This document shows, piece after piece, positions 12,944 through 26,620 of a DNA stretch of 64,000 bases. The number at the start of each line of letters is the position of its first letter. Within the stretch, counting starts at the first letter, position 1. The position numbers and the translations under genes were made by a program. This DNA is from Selaginella moellendorffii. Taxonomy: Eukaryota; Plantae; Lycopodiophyta. The stretch is taken from the NCBI RefSeq assembly GCF_000143415.4, contig NW_003314406.1:226499-290498 (forward strand), written 5' to 3'. The notes under the pieces are model-generated. The model was not told the DNA's origin, did no database searches, and saw only the letters and a program-made list of their open reading frames with translations.

Positions 12944-15900
12944 TTCCACACCATGTTCCTTTGGACATGTGGCATGTGACACATGGCATCTATCATGTGG
13001 TATAAAGAGGGTTTAGGTTCCGCTTCGTGGTGTTATCCTATAGTAAATCACCATAGGATAAAGGGTCAAAACCACGTGCGCTACATTTGGTATCAGAGAA
13101 TCAATCTCAACGAATATTATTCAATGAGATTGGGCAAATAGTCTCGTTGCATACGCAAAGATGAAAATGATGATCCGAGTGGGTACACGTTTGGGTGCAA
13201 AGGCTTTGCAATCGTCCCTTGGGTATGGTTTTTTTTTACCTTTTTGTACCGTGATAATGTGAGCTTGCTCTTGGGCTCATAAGAAGGATTAAGTTGTTCC
13301 GTTTACACAAGTTTGAGCTTGGGCTCGTGAGTGAGGCATATTAGCAACTCAAGGTTACACTTTGAGTTGGCAGGATTAATGTTAGTCTATCGGTGGTTCC
13401 ATGAGTTGTTCCATGTACCATGGGTGAAAGCAAACCACCTTAGATTTGCTATGAGTGGCAAATACGCTAGTCCATAGCTGTTTAGCACGACACTAGTAGA
13501 TCCTTCCTAGGCATGATTACAAGTGAATTGACCAAGACTGTAGGGATTAGTCTATTGATTCAGGTAGTCATTGCCATGCTCTCTCATAAACTTTTCTTGA
13601 ATTGGATTGAAGGCAGTGCGAAAGCAAGCTTAAGGTTTAGTCAAAGATGAGGCCGAAAAGAGAGTCATCAGGGACAAAGGATCAATTACGTAAATTATTT
13701 TCTCTTCTTGGAGAGATGATTTGCAACGACGTGTGACTCATTACTCATATACACATTATGCAATCAAGAGTCCCTATCTTGGTGTATATTAGAAATGATG
13801 GCCTTACAAATGATGAGTTGTGGGATGGATAGTGGTGAAACACTATACCATTTTTGTCTAGGCTTGCTATTGGAAGACTTGAGTTACAATGCTCAATTCT
13901 TTTCTAGGGAACCTTGCTATTGCTCCTTGAGTAGCTTAGTGTTGGATTAGTTTTGAGTTTGGTTGGAAAGAGAGTGGCATGAGCTTGTCAGTGTTGTGAA
14001 CAAAAGTTAGTGGTGTTGGGTGTTGTAAATCTCTATCAGTGGAATGTGGCATTTATGTTGCATTTTGTCGAATTGAGTTGGCACTTGATGCTCACATAAA
14101 CCTTTGAAGTAATAATATTGGCATTGCTCGTGGTGTTGCTCAATTGATGATCAAATCATTGTGATACTTATATAATATCCATGTGATAATGAGCAATGTG
14201 TTTTATGAAGTTGCTTGGTTAAACGATTATCAACCCCAAAGTGGTTGATGGTGAAACTACTCTACTTACACAAAGTAGCATTGTAGTAGTTTTGACTGAA
14301 TTCTAGATGGTAGTCTATTATGCTAAGCTTAAGTTAGTTCCTTGTTTCCTTGAGGGTTTGCCCATAAGGTGTTAGAAAAGGTTATAGCATTCACTTGCTA
14401 TGGCTTGTTAGTTGATCTATTAGCACTTGGAGTAGATTATTGGATGGAGAAGGTGTGTAGTTGAGGCATTGACATCATTAACACTTGTGTTAGTGGAAAT
14501 GGCATTGTTGATTCGAGTGATGAGGAATTTTCCTTAGACCTTGATTTTCCATGTCATTTTTCTTGTTAGTGTTTGGCTTCACATTGGATCTTGAGAATGA
14601 TTGAAGAAGAGTGTTAGTGCAATGTGGATATCCGAAGATGTGGTCTTCGTGATCAAGCCTTGGATGTTCACTTTGCATTTTGAGGATATCGGTGTTGGAT
14701 GTCGAAAGTATGGGCAAAAAGAGATGTTCGAGGCATAAACATACTATGAGTCATGAGAATTTGTGTTAAGGTGAACATATGTGAAGTTGTTAGTAAGAAG
14801 AAGTTGATTGAGTCTTGAAAGTTTGCATTCCTAGACTAAGAGTCATTCTTTCTCTAGGATGGAAAATTTTTCACAAATTTTCTTAGGCTTTCAAATGGCT
14901 GATCTTTTGATCACTTTGCCCGAAAATCATTTCATTTTCTTAAGCCAATACAAACTAGTGAAGGGGTTGGAGTTGACTTTGGTTGGCTTAGACCTTAATA
15001 AGTAGTTTGTATGATGCGACCTGAAAGGGATGCTGACTTTTGGGGCTAAGGCAATTGAGTTGGATAGAGTCTGGAGTTGGTGTAGAAAAGTGGCCGTTGT
15101 GCTTTTCTAGAAAGGTGACCCTTGTGCCTTTCTTCTGTAGCGTTATGCTTGATGGCAGGTTGCACCTTGTATTATGTTAGACTCTATGAGAGTAGTGAGC
15201 TTTCACTGATCTTGACTTAGTCTTGGTAGCCCTGCGCCTTGGCTGAGGATGGTGATGTTTAACTTAGTTGTTTAAGTTTGAGATGTTGGTACCCGTACTA
15301 TAGCTTTGTTTATAAGGAAGTTGTGTAGCGATATAAGTCCATCTCATGGTCTTCACTTTAGTTTCAATTGAGTGTTGGTCATGCATAGCTAGCCTCTTCA
15401 AGGCATGCTCAGAGCTATTGACTAGATGTGTTGGTGAGCTTATCGCGGTTGAGTTAGATTTGAGTGGTCATTTAGTTTGTGCTTGTCCATGAACCTTTAT
15501 CTCGTACTTAGGGTATCACGTTCATGTTAGACAAATACGTGACTCGATGACGTGAGTTTAGTGTTTAGGTCTTGTGAAGGCAAGTTGAAAAGTGATTGTT
15601 AGTTGTTTTACAATTAGTGATTGCTTGTAGACTTCGTCAAAGAACTGTTGACATTTGCTTCACTCGATGATGATTTAGCAGTGATAAACTTGCTTTACCA
15701 AATGATGTTGCGGAGGATCGTGTCATTAGACTTATATAGGTTTTCCATGTTGGCATGTCAATTCTACCTTTTGTCAATATCATTTGGTTACATTTAGTCT
15801 GTGGTGTTAGATTTCATTGAGTCTTGGATGTGGTGAATCACTCTTTAATGATGTGTTATCTGTACCTGAGTAATGTTGAAGAATTGCTCTTGGATATTGA

Positions 15901-17581
15901 GTAATGTATTTTCGACCTTGGTTAGCTTAGTTGCTAGAGAGTTTTGAGTGGTGATTCACTCTTGCTTTCTTCTAGCTTTGTTATAGTGTTGATGGCATTA
16001 AAGTGATGCCTTGTCATTGATATTATTGATGTTGAGATTCAGGTGAAATGAGATGTCTATCCTTAGAATTGATATTGAGTTTCATTACTCTCGATAGAGA
16101 TAGTGTTAATGATTTGGCCATGACTTTGTGTTATTAGCATTCGCGCATTTGCTAGTTAGCAACTATGTTGACGTTCAAATGAACTGAGTGGCAAGTTTGA
16201 GTTAGTTGTGTTCTAGACGAGATTATTTAGTAGAGGTTGAGCTTTGGCTTTTCCTTGAAAAGTGATTCAGTCATGGACTATGCTAACTCTACAAGCGGAA
16301 GAGTTAGTGATCGATATTGGAAAGTTTGAATCCTTATTGGGTTTGAATTGGAATATATCGATCATTGATAATTCTTCTTATGCTTGTTATGAAGTGAGTT
16401 ATGTCTTGCTATAGATAGATTCATGGAGGATCGTTTGGTGATCACTTGTCGAGCATAGCTTTATTATGCTTAGCTTTTGGATTTATACAGATATGCTCTT
16501 CATTAGCTTTGCATTATGAAGTTTAGCTTATGAATGTGTTGAGGAGGATATTGTGGGTTGTACCATGATTTCTTCTTTAGCATTAACATTAGTTCATGCA
16601 AGACTTGTGATCATTGTTAGGCACGACTTGGCTATAGACTTCTTCAAGCTTTTGGTACTTTGAGTTTTTCGTGCTCATTGTTCCATTTGTTAGAAGCTGT
16701 TGGGGAACGCATTTTGGCTCATTAGCTTCGATATTGAAGTTAGTATTTGCATCTGGCAATCATTGGCAATGATTAACTATCATTTAGGATAGTTGATTAT
16801 TCTTGTCAAAAAAAGTTTTGCTTGATTATTGTTGCTATAGAATGATTTGTCATTCTTCGGGATGGTAGATTCTTTCTTCAACGATGATTATGCATCACTG
16901 CATTGATGGGATAATTGATGATCTTTCATGATAGTTAGTTGTTCTCTTTGATGGCTTATGGCTTTTTGCAATACCACATGTTCTTTGTGGTTTTTTCTGG
17001 ATTGGTCTCTTGGGTTTAAGACATCAATAGGATGTTGCTGACACTTGCTTAGGCAACTTGAGTTCCTTGGTGTTGTTGGCTGGGATCTATTCAAATTGGC
17101 TAATGCGATGGTTGGTATGAATATTATATTTATTGGTCTTAAGCTCTATTTCGTTAAAGTGGGAATTGTCATTATCCCACTTGTAAAATAAGGTTTCCAA
17201 ACCTTTATATAGTATATAAATATAACAAAATTCAACTGCATTGAGGCACATGCCATTTTATTTTAAACAAGGAAATATCTACTCAATCACTTCTCCTCCC
17301 CCTGCCACTGCTTCACCTCTCTCTTCTCCTTGTCATCGTCGTCCAATTTCTTTCCATCCTTTTAATATTGGCTCAGTTGCTCCGAGTCTAAGTGGAGCCC
17401 AAGTCCCCATTCAATCTTTACTTTCCCCTTATTAATAAAATAACTTCGTAGACTTCAATAACATGCTGTAACACTTCTAGTATAATGCAAATCCTCTCAA
17501 AGAATTGTCTTTTAATATTAATACAATGGCATGGAACCCCATGCCATAATAAGTTACATTTTTAAATAAATACATGCCATC

Positions 17582-20500
17582 TCAGACTGTTATTTTTTGC
17601 CTCCAACGCCTATACAATAATCTTGGAATTTCATCACTCTCCACACTATCAGGATTTAAACCCAATAGTAATGCCATCTCTTCTCTAATACGTCCATGCT
17701 CATGTTCAGTGGTCGAAGAACCCATCCGGTTGAGCAGATTATGGAGATGCAGATAGTGCTTAGCTAGACAATATACATGCCATAAATGATGACTGGTGTC
17801 TGTCCGATCAAAGGGCTTCTGATATACCGTTCCATCTGCCATTTGGTTGATTTCTACAGCCACCTCCTAGACTGGCCGGTTCTCTATCACCATCGCTCCA
17901 AGCCGTTTTGCAAGGTCCCCCAGAACATACGGTTTCTTCTCCCTAGTTTCCATACTGCAAGAGATGGGGTGCACTACATATGTGTGCGTGTTTGCTGCAG
18001 TTTTAATCGGCGAGTCATCGATGATGAGGATTTCACTTGACCTAGTAGTCCGGTTCATCACTACAACCTCTGGCTTGACGAAGATGGGCTTGCTACCCCT
18101 CACATGGACCATAGTCAAGCAATCCTCCTGCGTTAGGAGAAAGTCAAATGGTAATATTACTCGTGTCTGATCGTGCATCATCTGTAGTAACGTTAATGCA
18201 TTGTGGCGCATCATGGATGTCCAAACTCCCAATTGCAAATTGAACCCGGCCCTCTGTTTTAAGTGTCGCATGGTCATTATTAGATCCCGCAGTTTCTCCC
18301 GTGTGATTAATGTGAATCTGTCTCTTTTGACCAACTTGCGACCGCAGGCTTTGGAGGGTGCAGTGACATTCGAGGACGAGCCACGCTCATGGGAGAAAAG
18401 GACACCGTTCAGATCAAAAACGATACAGTACCTTCGCCATGACTCTAAAATGAAATGCGTCAGCATAAAAAATGGTACAAGTCAATTTTACCATCTACAA
18501 TATTAGCGAATGGTGCTCCCGATGGTCGTTGAGAGGGTTTTGGTCGAGGAAATGTGAAGGGCGGAAATACTCTCCTCTGCAATGTGGGGTCAATCGCATC
18601 CGATGGCGTGTGGGCACATGCCATTTCAGCTGTAGACTCTGGTACAACTGGCTCAACAGTGGCATGGGGTGGTTCCGATGGCGTGTGATCACACGCCATT
18701 TTAGCTGGTGCCTCCGTTGGCAAAGTGGACATGACCGAACAGGCAGCAGGGGCGGTGTAGGGAGGTTCCAACGGCGCGTAGTCAAACGATTGGGCACACA
18801 TTGAGTCCGTTGGAAATGAGGATACGACCGGATCGGCGGCTGGGTCCAATGCGGGTCATGCGGGTCCAATGGCGCCTGGTCACCGTCAGTTGGATACGTG
18901 GACAAGATTGACTCAGTGGTATGGGCAGCATCAAGTGGAGCGTGGTCAGCTTGCTTGGCGTTGATATGGATAGTAGCCTCCACCAGCTCTGATGACTCTT
19001 GCAGGCAAGTAGAGTCCACTGGCGGATCCATATGCATGTCCAAATATCTCCCTTCGATTGAGATGGTATCCTCCCTACTGGCTACTAAAAACAAACTCAT
19101 TAGCACATTGAATTGACTATACTGTATTTACCATCAACTGCTATTGAGGAACTAGGACCGATATCACTTGGGCGCACTGCTGATTCTGAAGGATTGGACA
19201 TACGTTTCGACCCTTGCTTGGCACTATCCTTCCTCGACACTAAAGGCTAGAGTTTGTATCTTAATTCAACTGAATAATCTCTACTTACCATTTGCTCTAC
19301 GACCTACATGGACAATGTTAGAAATGGTAAAAGGTTAGGAATGGATGTACTATTATTTACCTGATGGTTTGTCTTGTATGACCTTCCTCCGCTGCTCTTT
19401 GGCCACCTCAGGCTGGCCATCGTCGTCATTATCGTCGTCGTCATTATTGTGATCGTCACCATTGTGAGGACCATCCAAGTCCTCTTCGTCCTCCTCTTCT
19501 TCGTCCTCCTTTTTTTTGTCCTCCTCTTCGTCCTTCTGCTCTTCCTGCTCATTATCTTTCTCTGGCTCCTCATCCCCCTCTTGCATTTCTTCCATAGGCT
19601 GCTCAGGCTGGATGGCTTGTTCTTCCAGGACCATCTTGGGAAAATCATCTGGCCGAGTCTCCATCTCAAAATACAAGACATCCATAGCCTGTTTTAGTGC
19701 GTGACCTAGGACCGTATCCTCACCCGACTGTCTTAACATGGTTTCTGCACGTTCTTGCACCCTTTGAAGACGACGAGATGAGAAAAACGTGGCCCTGACT
19801 TGGAAAGCATCCCTCATTCATTGTACCTCTCCATTGAGATTGGGGAAGGGGAGTCCGCCATAGGAATCTGAGTCAGGAGGTGGTGACTGGCTGCTTTCAC
19901 TCAGCCCTTGATCTGCAATGAATGGCATGAGCACACATGCCATAACCGCGAGGCATTACCTATCATCTTTTCGTTGCCCTTCTTCCTTTTCGAATCAAAC
20001 GCCTCTGATCCCGACGACTGTCCAGCGTGCTTTCGCTTTTTATGACCACTGTCAGTTTGAGCTTGATCTGCAAGAAATGGCATGAGGACCCACGCAATAA
20101 CCATGACGCTTTACTTCCTGTCCTTGGAGGCTCTGTCGTGCCTTCCGCATCCTCAGGTGCCTGCTCCTCAATTCCCTTTTGCTTTCGTTTCTTATGCGCC
20201 CGTTCTACAGAAATAGCATGAGGACATACGTGATAAGCACACAAATGCTTTTACCCTTCCTCCTCTGCCCTGGTCGGTTGTCCATCTCTTTGTCTACAGC
20301 GTCTGAAAGCTGTTTTGCAGGTAGCCTAATTCGAGGTTCACGATGTCTCCTTGGCACTTGAACTGTATATTATTGCATCAACACATGCAACATCCCATAA
20401 TATTTTGCTCACCCTCTCCACGGCCACTTGCTCGAAGATCCAATCCTTCAATAGCGCACGAGCTTTCAGAGTCGTGCACAAGTCCTCGTATGTCACAATA

Positions 20501-22517
20501 TGGCCGGGAGTCATTTTGGTCTTGTTGAAGACTACCTCACCACGTAGAAGAGCATTGGCCACTGTCAGAAGGTCGTCGTCGTCTAGAGACCACGAGAAAC
20601 GCAAGGCGTTGAGCTTCAAATCATTGGGCTTCCGCCCGTCCTCCACACCCATTGAGTTTAGCAACTCCCCGTCATGGTACCTCCTCAGCACATCTACCCA
20701 TTTGTCAAAAACAACTTTTGTCGCGAGTAGAATGTTATGGATGCTGAGTATGTCATTGACCCCCAGTGTTTTCGAGAGAAGACTCGAGAATTCTTGCAAT
20801 GGAAATGGCGTGAGGCCACATGCTATGCCACATGCAACGAGGCTTACCTACCACGCGCTAGTTGCTAGTGCACGTCCTTGTCCTGGTTTTTGTGGCTTCT
20901 TCAGTTGAACCCAGAGCTTTCGTGTTCGTGCCAATGTCTCGTGCAGACCCGATTTGTAGCACGTTTCTTGCTTGACATTCTGCGCGTGGGAGATGTATAT
21001 GATAGATCGGAGGGGCGAGTTGCCTTTTATCAGGCGGACAACTCTTGTCTTAAAGACTTTCTTCACCTCCTCGCCCACCATAATATCCACAACTATCTCT
21101 TGCATCGCCAAGCTAGAATGCTGCCCGGAGACGGCATAGAACTGGATGTTCTGATCGTCCAACACCTTCCTATTGATCAAGTCTGGAAACCTCGTCTCGC
21201 CCTTCATTGTTCGGTAGTAGGGGATCACGTCTGCGATGTCGGGTGTTACTGGACTTGCCAGCATCTTCTGCTTCAGTTTCTCCACCCACTCATCAAATAC
21301 TAGCTTGTGGTTGTATTTGCTTTGGATGTCCATGTGGCTCACGTTGATTGTATATACTTTGTTGGAATAGTAACAAGTACTATTATCTGCGACGATTTTT
21401 GCTGCCTCTTCTTGCTCTTTCTGCTCTTTGCGGCTCTTCTTTTTGGTGGGTGTAGTGTTCGAACCCGAGGCAATGGCATCACCGAGTAGCTTCTTTTTTG
21501 GAGCAGGAGAGTCGGACGTCGGCTTGAGCTTGACCACCCTTTTCTGATTCGGGGTAGTTTCCAGATCGACCCCCTTCCCCTTCGCTTCGCGAACTAGAGT
21601 CACTCTCAACGGCTCAATGTTGGAATATAGTTTTTGAACATCGCCATAGATGAGGTCTGTGGATTCCATGTGATCTTCATAGACCCGCAGCGTCTTTGAA
21701 ATTGTGGGCCTCCTGGACAACCTCTCCCTAGCTCCCTCTAGGAATTCCTCATAGCCGCTACCCCCCTCCGGGAAGCCGCTAGGATGTGCAAGGTGGATCT
21801 TGAAGGCGGACGCTGTCTCTACCACAAGTGCCAGTCCATATTCTTGCATGGAACTGCATGGAGTGTCTGTCACTTGGATGAGGATCCCCATGCATTCTTT
21901 TCTCCCACCATCTGTGTTGTACAGCCTCAGATCCTCGCCTTCCATCCCAAAAGTCCAACTGGTGAGCTCCTCCCCCTTCTCTGCATCCACATTGACAGTG
22001 GCTGGAAGAAGAACGCAATTCCTCGCCTGTTCAGAAATGCACAACGATTAGAGCTGACAGATGAAAAGTTAGCAGCTGGAAATAACGTGAGGCCACACGC
22101 CATTCACCACTGCATCAGATGTCTTGAGGCTGCATCCTAAGATGGCGTGAGGCTACACGCCATCTGTAACCGGACTGCACTCAAGAGCCCAATCGGTGCA
22201 TGCCAATGTTGCTACTGTACTCTGCCACTTACAGTTGGAGAGTGGCGCTGAAATCTCCCGGGATGCCAAGTGGGCTGCGTGTGGGTGGCAGAGTGGGTGG
22301 CGGAGTTGGCGGCGAAGTTACAAACTGGGTGTGTCTTGAAGTGGACGCCGATGCACACGAGCGCGATGCGAGCGCGAGTGTGATGCAAGCGCGAGTGGAC
22401 GCCGATGCACACGAGAAACCTGTAGAGAAGGTAGATGAGTGCGAATGTGAGCGTGATCGCGAGTGGGAGCGCGATGCGAGCGCGAGTGGGCGAGCGCGAG
22501 TACGAAGCAAAATGCAA
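17582..22517 (-). pseudogene. Multi-exon cargo gene of transposon F: ParB/Srx-like domain, helical region, basic and acidic low-complexity region, MACxHTPS repeats, C-terminal FCP1/NIF-like HAD domain; start position uncertain
   Basis: GT-AG introns of 47-50 bp at 18445-18491, 19913-19959, 20068-20114 and 20205-20254, plus a 54-bp intron at 20794-20847 with a mutated acceptor, join the listed ORFs in frame. In-frame stops at 17867, about 19818 and 20848. Motifs FYAVSGQHS...ISHAQN and VFDLNGVL...VWTS...LIIDDSPIK. Confidence 0.72.
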
Positions 22518-22559
22518 AACCTAACCTCATACGCGCGAAATGTCACGACGGTTGGTAAT

Positions 22560-22728
22560 CCCGCAACGTCATCATTCCTCGGACTTGGGCACCACCATTA
22601 ATTTCTGGATCGCCGCGCGCATGCATGCACATGAAATCCAAAAGAAATCCGCAACATCATCATTCCTCGAACTGCATGCACACTAAATCCAAAAGAAATC
22701 CGCAACGTCATCATTCCTCGGACTGCAT
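22560..22728. repeat. Tandem repeat of about 52 bp (TGCATGCAC..AAATCCAAAAGAAATCCGCAAC.TCATCATTCCTCG) in the intergenic region of F; resumes at 24557 after the solo LTR
   Basis: Direct inspection, 3-4 units. Confidence 0.8.
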
Positions 22729-24556
22729 TGTGAGACACAAAATCCCTAGGCCCCAAAGTGGAGCTGGAAGGGTGCCACGTGGTAGTGGCCGAAGCGAAAA
22801 CCAAACAAGCGTAACACGTTTGGACTAAAAGCTCCGACTTGAAAGGTCGAGAGCGGGAGTGGAACTCCCAACGAAGTGCTCGAGGAACAAGCACAAAGAG
22901 AGCAATAAGCGAGGCTTCAAAAAGGGACCCAAAAAGGACCAACACATGACACATGGAAGTGTCCGAGATGGAGTCCGAGGCAGACCTGAGTTGGAGTCCG
23001 AGATGGACCCGAAGTGGAGTCCGAGATGGACCCGAAGTGGAGTCCGATATGGAGTCCGAAGTGGAGTCCGAGATTGAGTCCGAGATGGACCCGAGATGGA
23101 GTCCGAGATGGAGTCCGAGGCGGACCCGAGTTGGAGTCCGAGATGGACCCGAAGTGGAGTCCGAGATGGACCCGAAGTGGAGTCCGATATGGAGTCCGAA
23201 GTGGAGTCCGAGATGGAGTCCGAGATGGACCCGAGATGGACCCGAGATGGAGTCTGAGATGGAGTCCGAGATGGACCCGAGATGGACTCGAGATGGAGTC
23301 CGAGATGGAGTCCGAGAAGGACCCGAGATGGAGTCCGAGGTGGAGTCCGAGATGGAGTCCAAGATGGACCCGAGATGGAGTCCGACGTCGAGACCGGGAC
23401 CAAGACCGAGACCAGGACCGAGACCGAGACCGAGATCAGGACCGAGACCGAGACCGAGGCCGAGGCCGAGGCTGAGTCCGAGTCCGAATCCGAATCCGAG
23501 TCCGAGTCCGAGTCCGAGTCCGAGTCCGAGTCCGAGTCCGAGTCCGAGTTCGAAGCCTGAGAGGGTGAAAGCCCAAAGCGTTCGTCTCCCAGACCCTGGG
23601 GGGTTTGGTGAGCTCCAAAAGTATAGTAGGGGGAGGACTGCAGTGGAGCCAGTTTGGCCAGGAAAGGCCAGTTTGGCCCAGGAAGGCCGGACCCAGTGTT
23701 GGGTGATGAGCTGCCCACTGGGAAGTCCAAGACTAGAGTGAACACGGACCGACAAGTGGGGTAGCTTGGTGAAGTGTTCAAGAGCCGGCTCTAGTTCCCC
23801 CGGGAGATCGACTGGCCGATGCTCCCAGTCCAAGTGTGGGTGGCACTACCTACTTGGATACCTGTCGTGGCTCAATGGAACCTCGCTCTAAGCCCATGGC
23901 TAGAGCACCTAAAGGCGAAAAGCGGGGAGAGTACCCATGAGGCTTGCGTAAGGCCATGGTGTTCCGAAATGTTGTCCCAAAGTCCCAAACGGTGAAAGGG
24001 AAGAGGAGTAGGCCTCTAATGTAGTGACCAAGGACACAGTCACACAGTGAGGAAGTCCTTGAGGATAGTGGGATTTAGTGGTCGGGCCGGTGGGCCTTGA
24101 TCCAGTGGCAATGTTGGCAAACACAGCCAAGGACAGAAAGGGACTTGATGGGGACCGGAACAAAGATATTGGGGAAGGCTATTCCCCATGTCTGTAGGCA
24201 TCCTAAGGATGTTAAGGAGTGGATCTGGGATGATCCCTCATGGACGGATGACCCAGTCTTTGAGAGACGGGATGGGAATGCAGGTGGCGTTGGACCACCA
24301 GTGTGACCAAGGTAATTGGGCATGGCCTTAGCGTAACGGGCCGATACGTCGGTGGTACCTTGGGGTGTCGATCATGGGATTGGACACGTGGAGCACTTGG
24401 ATCAAGTGCTAAGGTTGAGTGGCATGGATGCCATTCTCGGGGCTAGCAAGCCCCAAGTCCTGAGTTGGACTTATGGAGGTTGTGAATGAGACTCCTCCAA
24501 GTGGTCGGAGGTGTGGTTAAGTGACTAAAGTAGAATGGAAAATTTAGTCACTTACA
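22729..24556 (+). mobile_element. Solo LTR of family A inside transposon F
   Basis: TGTGAGACAC...CACTTACA with perfect 5-bp TSD TGCAT. Confidence 0.95.
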
Positions 24557-24690
24557 TGCATGCACGCGAAATCCAAAAGAAAGATCATGATTGGGATATC
24601 ATTTAATACACTCGCTATATTTACACCATGCATGATTGGATATTCCAAAGCATCTTGTATTTCCAAAAATGCCAGATGTTCAGCTAAATA

Positions 24691-26620
24691 AAGAATGGTA
24701 TACAATGTCCTTCTTGACGACCCTGCAAAGAAGCATCTCGATCGGACACCACATGAGACCACACGAGCCTTACAATGTTTCAGGGGCATTTGCCATAGAT
24801 CCGACCGTTATTTTGCTCCAAGATTTTACAGTTTGGTGTGCATTGACCTTTCCATCGACACTGCAAAGGGACATCACAATCAGATGCGGGATCACAAGAA
24901 ACCAACTTCACTAACTCTGGTTTCACCAAGATCTACGTAAGGAGTTATGAAATGAAAGGACCCTCTCTATTGAAATGTGTTTATGGTCCTAGGGGCATTG
25001 TGACATATCAAAGGATTTTGCATCAAGTTCTGTATTTGCATGTTTATCAAGCTACTAAATTGCTAAACCCTAAACCCTCCCTAAATATGTGGCAAATGCT
25101 GTGTGAAGAAAGATGCCCTTTCTGGGCAAATGCTGTAAGAGGCAGATGCCGAGCAATTACACGGCAAATAATCTTGGCGCGGATCGCTGACATGGCATGG
25201 CAAAGTTCGAATCACTGACATGGCACAGCTGGATCAAGGCAAGGACATGATGTGACAAAGGTCAACGTCCGACAGCAAAGTCTAGAAGCTACTCAGTTTG
25301 AAATTTGTCAGAGGAATTATAAGATCTGGTTTGTCAGAGGATTTGATGTGACGTTCAAGCGTGTGGGCTCATGCAATTTTGATCCCAAAAAATGCACCAA
25401 AAAATGCTCGGCGTCATCTGGCGTTATCTCTTGAATGGCGTGGGGCCGCATGCCATTTTAAGGGGCACATAGGAGTATATTCCTAGAATATTCTGACACG
25501 CGTGAGATTTTTTTGAGTTTTCTGGAGATCCAACCGTTAAAAATGCAACTAGATTTCACAGAATGGTATACAATATCTTTCTTGATGACCCTGCAAAGAA
25601 GCATCTCGATCGGACACCACATGAGACCACACGAGCCTTACAATGTTTCAGGGGCATTTGCCATAGATCCGACCGTTATTTTGCTCCAAAATTTTACAGT
25701 TTGGTGTGCATTGACCTTTCCATCAACACTGCAAAGGGACATCACAATCAGATGTGGGATCACAAAAAACTAACTTCACTAACTCTGGTTTCACCAAGAT
25801 CTACGTAAAGAGTTATGAAATGAAAGGACCCTCTCTATTGAAATGTGTTTATGGTCCTAGGGGCATTGTGACATATCAAAGGATTTTGCATCAAGTTCTG
25901 TATTTGCATGTTTATCAAGCTACTGAATTGCTAAACCCTAAACCCTAAACATGTGGCAAATGCTGTGTGAAGAAAGATGCCCTTTCTGGGCAAATGCTGT
26001 AAGAGGCAGATGCCGAGCAAATGTATCTCAGGCTATCGAAGGGGACAAACGAAAGCTAGCTATAAACATGACGGGATGCAAATAGATTACTAGGCTGGTC
26101 CTGCGAAAATCAAAAACCATAATTGAAAACATTGAAAATGCAAAAAGAAAGGTTTATAATATTTTTGAATTTTAAGCAACCAAATGAATGTAAGTAGGGC
26201 ATGTGTTTGTAAGTTTAAAAATGCCTCAACCACTTAAATTTCCAAGTAAATAAAGCTATTTCTATTTTTGGTACAAGTAAACTTTATAGCGTGTGGGCTC
26301 ATGCAATTTTGAACCCAAAAATGCACCAAAAAATACTCGACTAGCATTATTCTTTGAATGGCGTGTGGCCTTATATTGCCATAAATGGACGTACACATAG
26401 CATAATTATTCCTTTACACGGCGAATAATCTTGGCACGGATCACTGACATGGCATGGCAAAGTTCGAATCACTGACATGGCACAGCTGGATCGAGGCAAG
26501 GACATGATGTGACAAAGTTCAACGTCCGACAGCAAAGTCTAGAAGCTACTCAATTTGAAATTTGTCAGAGGAATCATAAGATCTGGTTTGTCAGAGGATT
26601 TGATGTGATGTTCAAGCGTG
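24691..26620. repeat. Internal direct duplications in F (about 24691-25155 matches 25560-26020; about 25158-25365 matches 26416-26622)
   Basis: Near-identical blocks. The small ORF translations are duplicated in the ORF track. Confidence 0.88.

Noticed and set aside
13086-17140. Protein-coding capacity of the B interior
   Set aside because: No long ORF and no recognisable gag or pol motifs. Very old decayed coding sequence cannot be excluded without tblastx.
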